A DNA stretch of 64,000 nucleotides from an uncultured delta proteobacterium (GTDB lineage Bacteria; Myxococcota; Myxococcia; Myxococcales; Anaeromyxobacteraceae), in assembly GCA_963845515.1 (NCBI GenBank), contig CAWJSR010000028.1:160001-224000 (forward strand). Direction: 5' to 3'. A program made the position numbers and the translations under genes. The notes beneath the pieces are model-generated. The model was given only the letters and a program-made list of their open reading frames with translations, ran no database searches and was not told the DNA's origin. This document shows, piece by piece, positions 38,919 to 50,455 of this stretch. How positions within the stretch are numbered: position 1 is the stretch's first letter; every line of letters begins with the position of its first letter.

Positions 38919-40153
38919 TCAGCCGCGCGACCGGCGGCCAGCGCCGCAAAGGCCTGGTCGGTGGCCTCCAGCGCGCAGTCGATGTCGGCCGGCCGATGCG
39001 CGACGCTGAGGAACATGTTGTGCTTCGGATGCAGGTACACGCCCCGTTCCAGCGCCAGCGCTGCAGAAGGCCGAGCCGAGCGCGGCTTCGGGGTCGTCGT
39101 CGAACAGCAGCATCGGCATCTGCGGCGGGCCGCTCTGGCGGATGCGAAAGCCGTGCGCCGCGGCCTGGCGGCCAGGCCGTCGCGCAGCCGCTGGCCCATG
39201 GCCTGCATGTGGGCGATGCCGTCCACCGCCTGCAGCTTGCGCAAGCAGGCCAGCGATGCCGCCATCGCCACCGCGCCGCACCAGAAGGAGCCGGTGACGA
39301 AGATCGACGCTGCCGCGTCGCGGAAGCGGTCGCTGCCGGTCACGGCCGCCAGCGCATGGCCGTTGGCGATGGCCTTGCTCCAGGCCGCCAGGTCCGGCCG
39401 CACGCCCAGCGGCTCCCAGCTGCCGGCCAGGTGCAGGCGCGCGCCGGCGCGCACCTCGTCGAGGATCAGCGCCGCGCCGCGTGCGGTCGCACAGCGCACG
39501 CACGCGCGCGGGCGAACTCGGGCCGGGCCAGTTCCTGGTCGACGCCGTAGTCGTGGCGGAACGGCGACACCAGCACGGCGGCCAGGTCGTCGCCGGCCTC
39601 GCGCCGCGGCCTGCTCCAGGCTGGCGATGTCGTTGTAGCGGAAGTGCAGCAGGTGCGCGCGGTCCTCGGGCGTGACGCCGGCCGGGTTCGGCGTGCACCA
39701 CGGCGCCGCACCGTGGTACGCGCCGCGCGCCACCAGCAGCTTGCGCCGGCCGGTGGCGGCGCGCGCGGTGGTGACGCAGACGGTCGTCGCATCGGTGCCG
39801 TTCTTCGCGAACAGCACCCAGTCGGCATGCGCGACCGTGCGGTGAAGTGTTCGGCCAGTTCCACCAGCACCGGCGCCGGGCCGTTCATCGTGTCGCCCAG
39901 CCGCCGCTGCGCCTCGGCCGCGGCCTCGACCTCCGCGTCGTGGTGGCCCAGCACGACCGGCCCCCAGCTGCACATGAAGTCGATGAACTCGCGGCCGTCG
40001 GCGTCCCACAGCCGGCAGCCTTCGGCGCGCGTGGAAGAACTGCGGGTAGCCGGCGCGGCAGGCCCTGCACGCGCAGGTGGCCCCACAGGCCGCCGGGGAT
40101 GACGCGCGCGGCGCGCTCGCGCAGCGCGGCGTCGGTCCGGCGACGACGTTCAT
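38919..40153 (-). CDS. Class III PLP aminotransferase (GSA-aminomutase-like), many indels
   Basis: LWDADGREFIDFMCSWGP, AKNGTDAT, GAYHG, LILDEVRAG, AWSKAIANG. Confidence 0.85.
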
Positions 40154-41485
40154 CGGCCAGCAGGCCCAGCGACAACGTCGGGTAGACGATCACGATCACC
40201 AGCCAGAACAGCATGATGGTGATGAAGGGGATCACCGATCTGACGATGGTGCCGAAGGCGACCTTGAAGGCCGCCATGGCGACGATCAGGTTCAGGCCCA
40301 CCGGCGGCGTCAGGTAGCCGATCTCCAGGTTGGAGATCATGATGATGCCGAAGTGCACCGGGTCGACGCCGATCGCCACGGCCAGCGGCTTGAGCAGCGG
40401 CGCCAGGATCAGGATGGCCGAGCCCACGTCCATCAGGCAGCCGACGATCAGCAGCAGGATGTTGATGCCGAACATCATCAGCGCCGGGCTGGTGATGGCT
40501 TCGGACAGCGCCTGCACCATCTGCTTGGGCACGCCCGAATGGTCGAGGATGGTGTTCAGGCTGCCGGCGATGCACAGCAGCGGCAGCAGCGTGGCCAGCA
40601 GCTTGGTGGTCTCCAGGATCACGTCGATCAAGCGTGCGCAGGTTCATCTCGCGCGTCGCCAGGTAGTGGCGCACGCGCTGGCCGAAGCTCGCGCCGGCCG
40701 GCGCCGGCTTGGCGTCGTCGTCCGCGTGCACGAAGAACTCGATCAGCAGCGCATAGGCCAGCGACACCGCGCCGGCCTCGGTGGGGCTGAACCAGCCGGT
40801 GTAGATGCCGCCGATCATGATGAAGGGCAGCGCGATGGCGAAGATGCCGCCGTAGGTGGCCTGCGCCGCCGTCGCCATGCTGAAGGGCGTGCGCTCGATG
40901 TGGCGGTTGACCCAGAACGAATAGACGGCGAACATCGTCATCAGCAGCAGCCCCGGGCCGATGCCGGCCACGAACAGGTGCGCGATGTTCTCCTCGGTCA
41001 TGATGCCGTACAGGATCAGCGGGATCGACGGCGGAATGATGATGCCCAGCGTGCCGGCCGAGGCGATGGCGCCGATGGAAAAACTCTGCGAGTAACCGCG
41101 CGCCATCAGCGCCGGATACATGATCGTGCCGATGGCGAGCATGGTGACGATCGACGAGCCGTTGATCGCCGCGAAGGCCGCGCACGACAGCACGCAGGCC
41201 ACCGCCAGCCCGCCGGGGATCGGCGAGGTGAAGGCCGACATGAAGTTCGATCAGCCGGCGCGCGATCGAGCCGCGCGACATGACGTTGCCGGCCAGCATG
41301 AACAGCGGCACCGACAGCAGCACCTCGCGGTCGACCGTGAACCAGAAGTCCTGGATCAGGAACTCGATCTTGCTGTTGGCCACGAACACGTGCACATAGG
41401 CGGTGGCCACCGCCAGCACCAGCACCAGGCTCTGCCGCAGCAGCAGCAGCGCCACGATGAGCGACAGCAGGCCGAGCCAGACCAT
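40150..41485 (-). CDS. dctM: TRAP transporter large permease DctM (indels)
   Basis: LLSVPLFMLAG, AGTLGIIIPPSIP, FSPTEA, IGYLTPPVGLNL. Confidence 0.9.
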
Positions 41486-41995
41486 GTCAGTGCTCCACCT
41501 TGCGGTAGGCGCCGGCTTCAGCTGCCGGCCAGACCGCGAAGCACAGGTGGCGCAACGGCCGAGGACAGGAACATCCACGGCAGGATCATCTGGATCGGCC
41601 AGCACGAGGATCGGTATGGCCATGCCGCGCTCACCTAAAGCGGCCGAACTGCGCACGAACTCGCACCGCATACCAGCCCAGCGCGAGGCAGATGATGGCC
41701 GAGATCACCGTCGGCAATGCGGTCGATGTAGGGCTCGGCCGACTTCGGCAGCCAGCCGTCGGCGAAGCGCGGGCGCAGGTGGCCGCCCTCGGCCGTGACC
41801 AGCGCAAAGCCCACCAGGCCCGCCACTGGCGGTGGACCACACGGCCAACCGCTGCGCGCCGAAGATGCCGTTGCCGAAGAACTCGCGGCCCAGCACGTCG
41901 GCCATCAGCGCGATCGCGGTGATGGAAAAGGCCAGCACGCAGACCGTGGCTTCCAGCAGCCACAGCCCACGCAGCAATCGGCGTGCAGCGTCCAT
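41478..41995 (-). CDS. dctQ: TRAP transporter small permease DctQ (indels; end approximate)
   Basis: Four hydrophobic segments (ADVLGRE, GGHLRP) located between dctP and dctM. Confidence 0.75.
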
Positions 41996-42026
41996 GCGTC
42001 GGATGACGACCTGTACCGGCGCGGCC

Positions 42027-43028
42027 TTACTTGCCGCCGGTCTTGGCGTATTCCTGCTTGCCCTTCTGGATCGCCGCCCACAGCTCGGCGGACTGGCCGC
42101 CGATCTCGGTGACCAGCTTCTCCTGGTGCGGCTCGACCAGCTTGGCCCATTCGGCGCGCTGCGCCGGCGTCAGCTCGTGCACGAAGCCGCCCTTGGCCTT
42201 GAACTCCTCCATCTTCGGCTTCTCGGTATCAGCCACCTCCTTGCGCACGCGCGCCGCTTCGGGCCGCGCGCTGGCCACCAGCTTCTGCTGGTCCGGCGTG
42301 AGCTTGTCCCACACGCCCTTGTTGATGACGAAGGTGGAGCCGTGGTGCAGATGCCGCGTCATCACGTAGTGCGGCGCGCTCTGCGCCGCCGGCGTGGTGA
42401 TGTAGTACAGGAAGGGCAGGTCCGCGCCTTCGACCAGGCCGCTCTGCAGCGCCGGGAACAGCTCGGACAGCGGCATCTGCACGCCGTTGGTGTTGAGCGA
42501 GCCCCAGAACATCTTCGACGACGGCGCCGGCGACACGCGCACCTTCATGCCCTTGACGTCGGCCGGCGTCAGGCAGGCCTTCTTGCAGACCACGTCGTTC
42601 CAGCCGACTTCGCCCAGCCCCAGGATCACCAGGCCCTTGGACTCGAAGATCTTCTTCATCACCGGCAGCGCGAAGTTGTCGGTGACGAAGTCGCGCTCGC
42701 CGTTGCTCTTCCACAGGTACGGCATGTTCAGCACCGCGGCCTCGGGGATCAGCACCGAGGTGCCGGTGTACGAGATGCTGCCCATCTCGAGCCGGCCGCG
42801 CGCCACCTGCGTGGTGATTTCCTGCTCGCTGCCGATGAACAGGCGCTCGGCCTTGAGGGCGCCGTTGGAGCCCTTGCTGATCTTGTCCACCGTCTCGTCG
42901 ACGAAGCCGATCAGCACCGAACCCGGTTGCGCCGCCGAGGCGATCTTCAGGCTGGTCTGGGCCAGCGCGGGGCCGCTGGTGAATGCAAAGGTGGTGCAGG
43001 CCAGTGCCAGCAGTTTGCGTACATGCAT
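42027..43028 (-). CDS. dctP: TRAP transporter substrate-binding protein DctP
   Basis: Signal peptide; DVKGMKVRV with the conserved Arg; ELFPALQSGLVEG. Confidence 0.9.
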   Translation of the reverse strand: MHVRKLLALACTTFAFTSGPALAQTSLKIASAAQPGSVLIGFVDETVDKISKGSNGALKAERLFIGSEQEITTQVARGRLEMGSISYTGTSVLIPEAAVLNMPYLWKSNGERDFVTDNFALPVMKKIFESKGLVILGLGEVGWNDVVCKKACLTPADVKGMKVRVSPAPSSKMFWGSLNTNGVQMPLSELFPALQSGLVEGADLPFLYYITTPAAQSAPHYVMTRHLHHGSTFVINKGVWDKLTPDQQKLVASARPEAARVRKEVADTEKPKMEEFKAKGGFVHELTPAQRAEWAKLVEPHQEKLVTEIGGQSAELWAAIQKGKQEYAKTGGK

Positions 43029-43149
43029 GGGTCGTCTCCTAAGGCTCGGGGCCGCACCGCAGCTCGGGGTCGGCAAGGCCGGCGAGTCTACGGCGCGCCG
43101 GCCGAGGCCATGCGGGAAAGCCCGTGATAACCCGGTGTCGCGGAGCGAG

Positions 43150-43770
43150 TCAGCGCAAGGCGCTCGCCGCCTTGGCCAGCGCGGTGATGCGCGCCCAGTC
43201 CTGCTGGTCCACGGCATCCTGCGGCGTCAGCCACGAGCCGCCGCAGACCTTGACGTTGGGCAGCGCCAGGAACTGCGGCGCCGTCTCCGGCGTGATGCCG
43301 CCGGTGGGGCAGAACAGCACGTCGGCAAAGGGCCCGGCCAGCGCCTTCAGCATCGGGATGCCGCCGGCCGCGGTGGCCGGGAAGAACTTCAGGAAGCCGT
43401 AGCCGTCGGCATTGGCGGCCATCACCTCGCTGGCCGTGGCCACGCCGGGCAGCAGCGGCAGGCCGATGTCCTTGCAGGCGGCGCCGATGTCGTGGGTGTA
43501 GCCGGGGCTGACGCCGAACTGGCAGCCGGCCTCGAGCGCGGACTTCGCGTCCTCCACCGTGCGGATGGTGCCGGCGCCGACGATGGCCTCGGGCACCGCC
43601 TGCGCGATGGCGCGCATGCACTCCAGCGCCACCGGCGTGCGCAGCGTGATCTCCAGCACCTTGACGCCGCCGGCCACCAGCGCGCGCGCCAGCGGCACCG
43701 CGTCGGCCACGCGCTGCAGGACGATGACCGGAATCACCGGGCCGTGTTGCACCAGATCGAGTGTGTTCAT
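43150..43770 (-). CDS. eda: KDPG/KHG aldolase
   Basis: [34 protein letters not shown]. Confidence 0.95.
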   Translation of the reverse strand: MNTLDLVQHGPVIPVIVLQRVADAVPLARALVAGGVKVLEITLRTPVALECMRAIAQAVPEAIVGAGTIRTVEDAKSALEAGCQFGVSPGYTHDIGAACKDIGLPLLPGVATASEVMAANADGYGFLKFFPATAAGGIPMLKALAGPFADVLFCPTGGITPETAPQFLALPNVKVCGGSWLTPQDAVDQQDWARITALAKAASALR

Positions 43771-43777
43771 GGTTTTG

Positions 43778-45595
43778 TCACATCCAGGCACAGGCGCCCT
43801 CTTCGGCGCTGATGACGTTGCGCCGCATGCCGGCGAAGAGTTCGCGGCCGAGGCCGTGGCCATTGTCCTCGGCGCTGGCCTCGCTCAGCGTGGCGGGCTC
43901 GCGCGCCGCCCAGGACACCGGGTCGACCAAGGCCTGCAGCGTGCCCGCCACCGCATCGAGGCGGATGACATCGCCGTCGCGCACCTTGGCCAGCGGCCCG
44001 CCGGCCAGCGCCTCGGGGCTGGCGTGGATGGCGGCCGGCACCTTGCCCGACGCGCCGCTCATGCGCCCGTCGGTCACCAGCGCGACCTTGAAGCCCTTGC
44101 CCTGCAGCACCGCCAGCGGCGGCGTCAGCTTGTGCAGCTCGGGCATGCCGTTGGCGCGCGGGCCCTGGAAGCGCACCACGGCGACGAAGTCGCGCTCCAG
44201 CTCGCCGGCCTTGAAGGCCTGCTGCAGCGCCTCCTGGCTGTCGAAGACCCGCGCCGGCGCCTCGATGACGTGGCGGTCGTCGGGCACGGCCGAGACCTTG
44301 ATGACCGCGCGGCCCAGGTTGCCGGTCAGCAGCTTCAGCCCGCCGCTGGGCGAGAAGGGCGCCACCGCCGGACGCACGATGTTGGTGTCGCCGCTGTCCG
44401 GCGGCAGCGCGCGCCAGCGCAGCTTGTCGCCCTGCAGCGTCGGCACTTCCGCATGCGCGCGCAGGCCGCGCGCGCTGACCGCGGGCACGTCGGCGTGCAT
44501 CAGGCCGGCGTCCATCAGCTCGCGCAGCACGAAGCCGGGGCCGCCGGCGGCCTGGAACTGGTTCACGTCGGCCTGGCCGTTGGGGTACACGCGCGCCAGC
44601 AGCGGCGTGGCGGCCGACAGCTCGGCGAAGTCGCTCCAGTCGATCAGGATGCCGGCGGCGCGCGCCACCGCCACCCAGTGGATCAGGTGGTTGGTGGAGC
44701 CGCCGGTGGCCAGCAGCGCGACCATGGCATTGACGATGACGCGCTCGTCGACCATCTGGCCGATGGGCAGGAAGTTCGCGCCCTGCACCCGCTGCAGCAC
44801 CGTGGCCACGGCCTCGCGCGTGAGCGCCGCGCGCAGCGCCTCGTGCGGGTGCACGAAGGCCGCGCCGGGCACGTGCAGGCCCATCGCTTCCAGCAGCATC
44901 TGGTTGCTGTTGGCGGTGCCGTAGAAGGTGCAGGTGCCGGCGCCGTGGTAGGCGGCGCTTTCGGCTTCCAGCAGCTCGGCGCGGCCCACCTGGCCCTGGG
45001 CCGCCTGCTCGCGCACCTTGGACTTGGCCGAGTTCGACAGCCCGGTGCTCATCGGCCCGGCGGGCACGAACACGCAGGGCAGATGGCCGAAGTGCAGCGC
45101 GCCGATCAGCAGCCCCGGCACGATCTTGTCGCACACGCCCAGCAGCAGTGCGGCGTCGAAGACATCGTGCGTCAGCGCGATGGCGGTGGCCATGGCGATG
45201 GTGTCGCGCGAGAACAGGCTCAGCTCCATGCCCGGCAGGCCCTGCGTGACGCCGTCGCACATGGCGGGCACGCCGCCGGCCACCTGCACCGTGGCACCGA
45301 GCGCGCGCGCCGCGTCGCGGATCAGCGCCGGGTAGCTTTCGTAGGGCTGGTGCGCCGACAGCATGTCGTTGTAGGCCGTGACCACGCCGATGTGCGGCGC
45401 GCGCTGCGCCACCACGCGCAGCTTGTCGTTGGCCGGCATCGCGGCGAAGGCATGCGCCACGTTGGCGCAGCCCATGCGGTCGGTGCTGCGCTCGCGCCGC
45501 GCCTGGCGCTCGATGCGCGCCAGGTAGGCGCTGCGCGTGGGCGCGCTGCGCTCGCGAATGCGGCGGGTGATGCTCTGGACGGCGGCACTGACCAT
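43778..45595 (-). CDS. edd: Phosphogluconate dehydratase
   Basis: [47 protein letters not shown]. Confidence 0.97.
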   Translation of the reverse strand: MVSAAVQSITRRIRERSAPTRSAYLARIERQARRERSTDRMGCANVAHAFAAMPANDKLRVVAQRAPHIGVVTAYNDMLSAHQPYESYPALIRDAARALGATVQVAGGVPAMCDGVTQGLPGMELSLFSRDTIAMATAIALTHDVFDAALLLGVCDKIVPGLLIGALHFGHLPCVFVPAGPMSTGLSNSAKSKVREQAAQGQVGRAELLEAESAAYHGAGTCTFYGTANSNQMLLEAMGLHVPGAAFVHPHEALRAALTREAVATVLQRVQGANFLPIGQMVDERVIVNAMVALLATGGSTNHLIHWVAVARAAGILIDWSDFAELSAATPLLARVYPNGQADVNQFQAAGGPGFVLRELMDAGLMHADVPAVSARGLRAHAEVPTLQGDKLRWRALPPDSGDTNIVRPAVAPFSPSGGLKLLTGNLGRAVIKVSAVPDDRHVIEAPARVFDSQEALQQAFKAGELERDFVAVVRFQGPRANGMPELHKLTPPLAVLQGKGFKVALVTDGRMSGASGKVPAAIHASPEALAGGPLAKVRDGDVIRLDAVAGTLQALVDPVSWAAREPATLSEASAEDNGHGLGRELFAGMRRNVISAEEGACAWM

Positions 45596-45632
45596 GACGA
45601 CAACCCCTGGCTGTAACTTGACATGCGATTCT

Positions 45633-45651
45633 GATGTAATCTGGTTACATC
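45633..45651. promoter_or_regulatory. HexR-type palindromic operator
   Basis: GATGTAA-tctgg-TTACATC, a perfect inverted repeat about 40 bp upstream of edd, matching TGTA-N7-TACA. Confidence 0.8.
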
Positions 45652-45665
45652 GTCAATCGCACCGT

Positions 45666-46225
45666 TTAGGCTCGCGCCGCCGCGGTCTCGCCGCAGACGC
45701 TGCAGGTTTCGTGCCTTGGCAGCGGCTTCAGGCGCGGCCAGCTCGCCGTCGGCGCGCTGCACCACGGTCTGGTACTCGGCGGCGTACTTGCGACGCATGG
45801 CCAGCAGGTCGGCCTGGTAGCGCCGCGCCTGCGTCTCCTTCTGCCGGTCGGTCAGTTCGCGCCCCGCCACCTTGAAGAACTTGCGTTCCTCTTCCTTCAG
45901 GTGATGGCGCACGCGGGTGCACAGCTCGGCCATCGTCTGCAACCAATCGTTGCCTCCCTTGTCGGGCACGCTGAGCGTCCTCGCACAGCTCTTCGATCTC
46001 GTGGTGTTCGGCCAACGCGTGACGCGAGGATTTCAGGCCGGCGTCCTTCATCAGCAGCGGTACGTACAGGTGGCGCTCCTCGGCCGCTGCGTGCGCCTGC
46101 AGTTCCACCTTCAGCTGCAGGAAGGCCGCGGTGCGCTGGCGCGGCGAGCTGCGCGCCGACATCAGGCGGCTGCACAGCCGCCGCTGCACGGCATGGCTCT
46201 GGCGCAGCAGTTCGAACAGGTTCAT
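45666..46225 (-). CDS. Hemerythrin/HHE domain protein (indels; end approximate)
   Basis: LRQSH, HAAAEERHLY, EHHEIEE, then HHLKEEE in the shifted frame. Confidence 0.8.
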
Positions 46226-46299
46226 CGCCGCAGCCTAGATGGCGCGCGCCGTGCCGACGATCGGCGCAGGGCGCGCCGCGCTGTAGGCGCAGACCTACC

Positions 46300-48637
46300 T
46301 CAGGGCCTGCCCAGGTAGAAGTAGACGTTGCTGTTGCCGTCCTGCGTGTGGCCATAGGCCAGGTAGGCCGGACCGAGCGGCGTGTCCACGGCCAGGAACA
46401 GGCTGCCCGAGGCCACGTTGCCGCGGATGCCGGTGGGCACCAGCGGCTGGCCCAGGCGCGCCGCCTCGATCGACGCGCCGACGTAGACGCCTTCGAGCAG
46501 CGGCATCTTGAAGAGCTGGTTCATGTAGCTCAGGCGGCCGTAGCTCATGGCGTCGTTGCGCAGCTGCCCGTCGCGGTAGCCGGTCATGCGCATGAAGCCG
46601 CCGAAGCTCAGGTAGTCGTACAACGGCAGCGGGTTGTCGCCGACCGCCCCGCCGCCGGCCAGCGCGAACTGGAAGGTGTGCGCACCGAAGGACTTGGCGC
46701 CCAGGAAGCGGGCGTTCCAGCGGTTGTAGGTGTCGCTCGCGCCCAGCCGCGTGGTCGAGCCGAGGATCTGCGCATCGAGGTTGTAGCCGCTGCGCGGGAA
46801 GCTGGTGCTGTCGAGCTGGTCGACGAACAGCCGCGCGCGCACGCGCACCGATGTCGCGCTTGATGCTGTACTGCGCCAGGATCGGCGCGCCGATCTGCAG
46901 GTCGGCGTCGCCCTGGCCGGCCAGCACGCCGACGCGCAGCTCGCCGTACTTGGTGAACTGGCTGCCCAGGTCCAGGCCGACCGTACCGATGCTGACGTTG
47001 TAGCGCGCCGTGAGGTTGTCGCCGTCGGGGCCGCCGTAGATGTCGGCCGGCCCGCTGGACCACTGCAGCCGCGGCGCGATGAAGAAGTACTGGCTGGGCA
47101 CCAGCGGCTGGTAGAACTCGGTGAACAGCAAGCCGTCGTTGCCCACCTGGACGTCGGCGCGCCATTCGCCGCCCAGGCGGTTGAGCCAGGTGCGCCGGAT
47201 GCTGGCCAGCAGGTTGAAGGCGTTGTCGCCCTGAAAGTCGCTGGACAGCGACAGGCCGAAGCGCACGTAGGTCGGCCCCCAGGCCTTCTCCACCGCCTGC
47301 ACCGCCAGGATGCGGTGGTCGGGCTCGTCGATCAGCTGGTAGCCCACGTGCTCGAAATCGCCGCGCCCGTAGATGCGCCGCATGTCCAGGTCGAGCGTGG
47401 CCACGTCCAGCGGGTCGCCCACGGTGGTTTCCATGCTCTGGATGACGACCTCTTCGTTGACGCGCTCCAGGCCCTCGACGCGGATCTCGTCGACCTTGCG
47501 CGTGTCCTGTGCCACCACGCGCACCTGGCTCAGGCGGTGCTGCGCATACTGCTCGGGCGGCAGGCTGTAGCGCCTGAGCTGGTCGGCCACCTTGCGCGCC
47601 GCCGCCTCGCCGATGGGGATGGTGCTGGGCATGTTGTCGAAGTCGCCGGCCGAGAAGCTGCCCAGCTCGGGCAGGATCAGGATGTCCTGCGGCTGCAGCG
47701 ATGCCAGCGAGGCGCCGACGTTCTGCTCGGTCAGGATGTTCAGCATCTGCAGCGCCACGCTGAAGGCCGAGGTGATCTGGTCGCGCTGCAGCAGCGGCGT
47801 GCCCAGGTTGACGGCGATGATGACCTCGGCACCCATGGCGCGCGCGATGTCCACCGGCAGGTTGCGCGTCAGGCCGCCGTCGACCAGCATCTTGCCGTCG
47901 ATCTGCACCGGCGCGATGGCACCCGGCACCGACATGCTGGCACGCATCGCGGTGGCCAGGTCGCCGGACTTCAGCACCGTCATCTGGCCGCTGACCACGT
48001 CGGTGGCGATGGCGCGGAAGGGGATCGGCAATTTGTCGAAGTCCCAGTCGCCCTTGGCCAGCGCCAGCTCGCGCAGCACCGCCTCGAGCGCGACGCCGGT
48101 GATCGCGCCCTTGGGCAGCAGCAGCGAGCCGTCGCGGTAGCCGAACTGCGGGCCGATGTAGTCGAGCCAGTCCTCCTGCTTCAGGTGGATGGAGATCTCG
48201 GCCCGCGGCGGCCGGTCGCGCGTCAGCGTCTCGGTCTTGATCTTGGCGACGTCGCGCTCCATGTTCGACACCGTCTGCCCCGAGGCATAGGAGCCGCCGA
48301 CGATGGAGCCCATGCTGGTGCCGGTGATCACGTCGACCGGCACACGCAGTTCTTCCAGCACCTTGAGCACACCGATGTGCGCCGCGCCGCGTGCGCCACC
48401 GCCCGACAGCACCAGGCCGATGCGCGGGCGCGGCGCCGGCAGTGCCGGCAAAGGTGCGGCCGATGCCGGCGGCTGAGGCGGCGTCGCTGCCGGGCCGCCG
48501 CCCAGGCCCTTGGGTTCGGCCGCCCCTACCGCCGCGGGCCAATTCAGCGCCAATGCCGTCAGCAAGGCCGCGGCCAAGCGCCAAGCCAGGCGCACAACGG
48601 GCCTGGCCATCGATTCGGGGACGGACCGGGAAGGCAT
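46300..48637 (-). CDS. Patatin-like phospholipase with POTRA and Omp85-type barrel (PlpD/type Vd-like), one indel near 46848
   Basis: Signal peptide, LSGGGARG, GTSMG, DGG; POTRA-like middle; C-terminal DTPLGPAYLAYG...YFYLGRP. Confidence 0.88.
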
Positions 48638-48739
48638 GCGGGAACGCTCGAAAGCAGGGTGGATTGCGGGCGAGCAGGTTCAAGGCCCTCGCAAGCGGCG
48701 GCGATGATAGCCTGCGTAGCATTGGTTTCCACTGCGGCG

Positions 48740-49345
48740 ATGCAAGAGCTTCCACCCCACCTTCCCGGCCGCAACCCGGCGCAGATGCTGGAGCGCACGC
48801 GCGCTCAATGGGCCGGGCGCGGCGACCTGTGGATCTTCGGCTATGCCTCGCTGATCTGGCGCCAGGAGTTCGAGGCGGTGGAGCACCGCAGCGCGCTGGT
48901 GCACGGCTGGCACCGTGCGCTGCGCATGCGCTCGCGCGTCAACCGCGGCACGCCGCAGACCCCCGGCCTGGTGTTTGCGCTGCTGCCCGGCGGCGCCTGC
49001 CGCGGCATGGTCTTCAGGCTGCGGCGCGACAGTGCCGACGAGGAACTGGAACGCCTGTGGGCGCGCGAGATGCCCACCGGCGTGTACGACCCGCGCTGGC
49101 TGCCGGCACGTACGCCGCAGGGCGAGGTTCAGGCGCTGGCCTTCACGCTGAGCCGGCGCAGCGAGGCCTTCATGGGCCGGCTGGGCGACGAGCAGATCCT
49201 GCACATCCTGCGCCACGCCAGCGGACGCTACGGCAGCACCCTTCAGTACCTGGCGACCACCGCGCATGCACTGCGCGAGCGCGGCGTGCATGATCGCGAG
49301 GTGCAGCGGCTGATGGCGCTGGCCGCCAAGCACGGACTGATTTGA
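48740..49345 (+). CDS. chaC: ChaC-family glutathione-specific gamma-glutamylcyclotransferase
   Basis: LWIFGYASLIW, RGTPQTPGLV, LWAREM, GRYGSTLQY. Confidence 0.88.
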   Translation: MQELPPHLPGRNPAQMLERTRAQWAGRGDLWIFGYASLIWRQEFEAVEHRSALVHGWHRALRMRSRVNRGTPQTPGLVFALLPGGACRGMVFRLRRDSADEELERLWAREMPTGVYDPRWLPARTPQGEVQALAFTLSRRSEAFMGRLGDEQILHILRHASGRYGSTLQYLATTAHALRERGVHDREVQRLMALAAKHGLI

Positions 49346-49355
49346 GGACATCTCC

Positions 49356-49853
49356 ATGCAAATGCCCGCCCACCAACTGACGATGACGGTGCTGATGACA
49401 CCGGACATGGCCAACTTCGCCGGCAACGTGCACGGCGGCACGGTGCTCAAGTTCCTGGATCAGGTGGCCTATGCCTGCGCCAGCCGCTACGCCGGCCGCT
49501 ACGTCGTGACGCTCAGCGTCGACCAGGTGATGTTCCTGCAGCCGATCCACGTCGGCGAACTGGTGACCTTCCTCGCTGCCGTCAACCACACCGGCACCTC
49601 GTCGATGGAAGTGGGCATCAAGGTCGTGGCCGAGAGCATCCGCACGCAGCAGAAGCGCCATGTCAACAGCTGCTTCTTCACGATGGTGGCGGTGGACGAC
49701 GAGCGCCGGCCGGTCGCCGTGCCGGCGTTGCAGCCAGCACCCGGTAACGAGGCGCGGCGCTACGAGGAAGCGGTGCTGCGCAAGCGTTTGCGCCAGGAAC
49801 TGGCCGCGCGCTTCAAGTCGATCAGTGGCAAGGCGGTGGTGCCGCCGCTGTGA
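49356..49853 (+). CDS. Acyl-CoA thioesterase (hotdog fold, YciA-like)
   Basis: ANFAGNVHGG, DQVAY, VNHTGTSSMEVG, FTMVAVD. Confidence 0.92.
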   Translation: MQMPAHQLTMTVLMTPDMANFAGNVHGGTVLKFLDQVAYACASRYAGRYVVTLSVDQVMFLQPIHVGELVTFLAAVNHTGTSSMEVGIKVVAESIRTQQKRHVNSCFFTMVAVDDERRPVAVPALQPAPGNEARRYEEAVLRKRLRQELAARFKSISGKAVVPPL

Positions 49854-50446
49854 CGGCCGGATGGTTCAACCGAGCCCTTCGGAAAGCAAATGGACACCAA
49901 GAGCAGCGGCAGGCCCACCAACAACGAGGCAAGCGTGCTCAACTCCGGCACCACCGACACCGTCAGGATCAGGGGTTGGTCGGCCACGCGCGATGTCCAA
50001 GCATTTCCAAGGCCCAACAAGCCCTGGTAGGCCGGTTGGATAGCGTATGTCCCATTGGTGATCGGCGTGGCGGCTGGGTTCTCCAAGACGATGGAGAACA
50101 CCGGAAGTGCCACGGACTGCCCCGGAAGGACTACGGTTGAACTCGGTACAGAGCTAAAGACGATCCGCGTCCCAAGCTCCGGGAGGAAGAAGTGACCGTC
50201 GCCAGGAAGTTCACTGACGGGCACTCCCCCAAACAACAGGTCTTCGGTCGAACTCGCGTCGTTGGAGAACTGCCCGAAGATGTAGCCTTCATAGGGAAGC
50301 GCGACTGTTTCCGGGCTGAACGACCACGACCAAACGGGTTCGCCACGCGCAACATTCACCGTGCACGCGATCAATGCCGCGGACATCCAACCGATACAGC
50401 GATTGGCTTTGTTGATCTGCGGTGCGACTTTCTGCACGAAAGGCAC
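49760..50446 (-). CDS. PEP-CTERM-like protein with variant tail (VPEL), lower GC; C-terminus may be damaged
   Basis: Signal-like N-terminus; SVVPELSTLASLLVGLPLLLV lacks a basic tail, and the ORF runs into the convergent thioesterase gene. Confidence 0.6.
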   Translation of the reverse strand: MPFVQKVAPQINKANRCIGWMSAALIACTVNVARGEPVWSWSFSPETVALPYEGYIFGQFSNDASSTEDLLFGGVPVSELPGDGHFFLPELGTRIVFSSVPSSTVVLPGQSVALPVFSIVLENPAATPITNGTYAIQPAYQGLLGLGNAWTSRVADQPLILTVSVVPELSTLASLLVGLPLLLVSICFPKGSVEPSGRHSGGTTALPLIDLKRAASSWRKRLRSTASS

Positions 50447-50455
50447 AGTGCCCGA

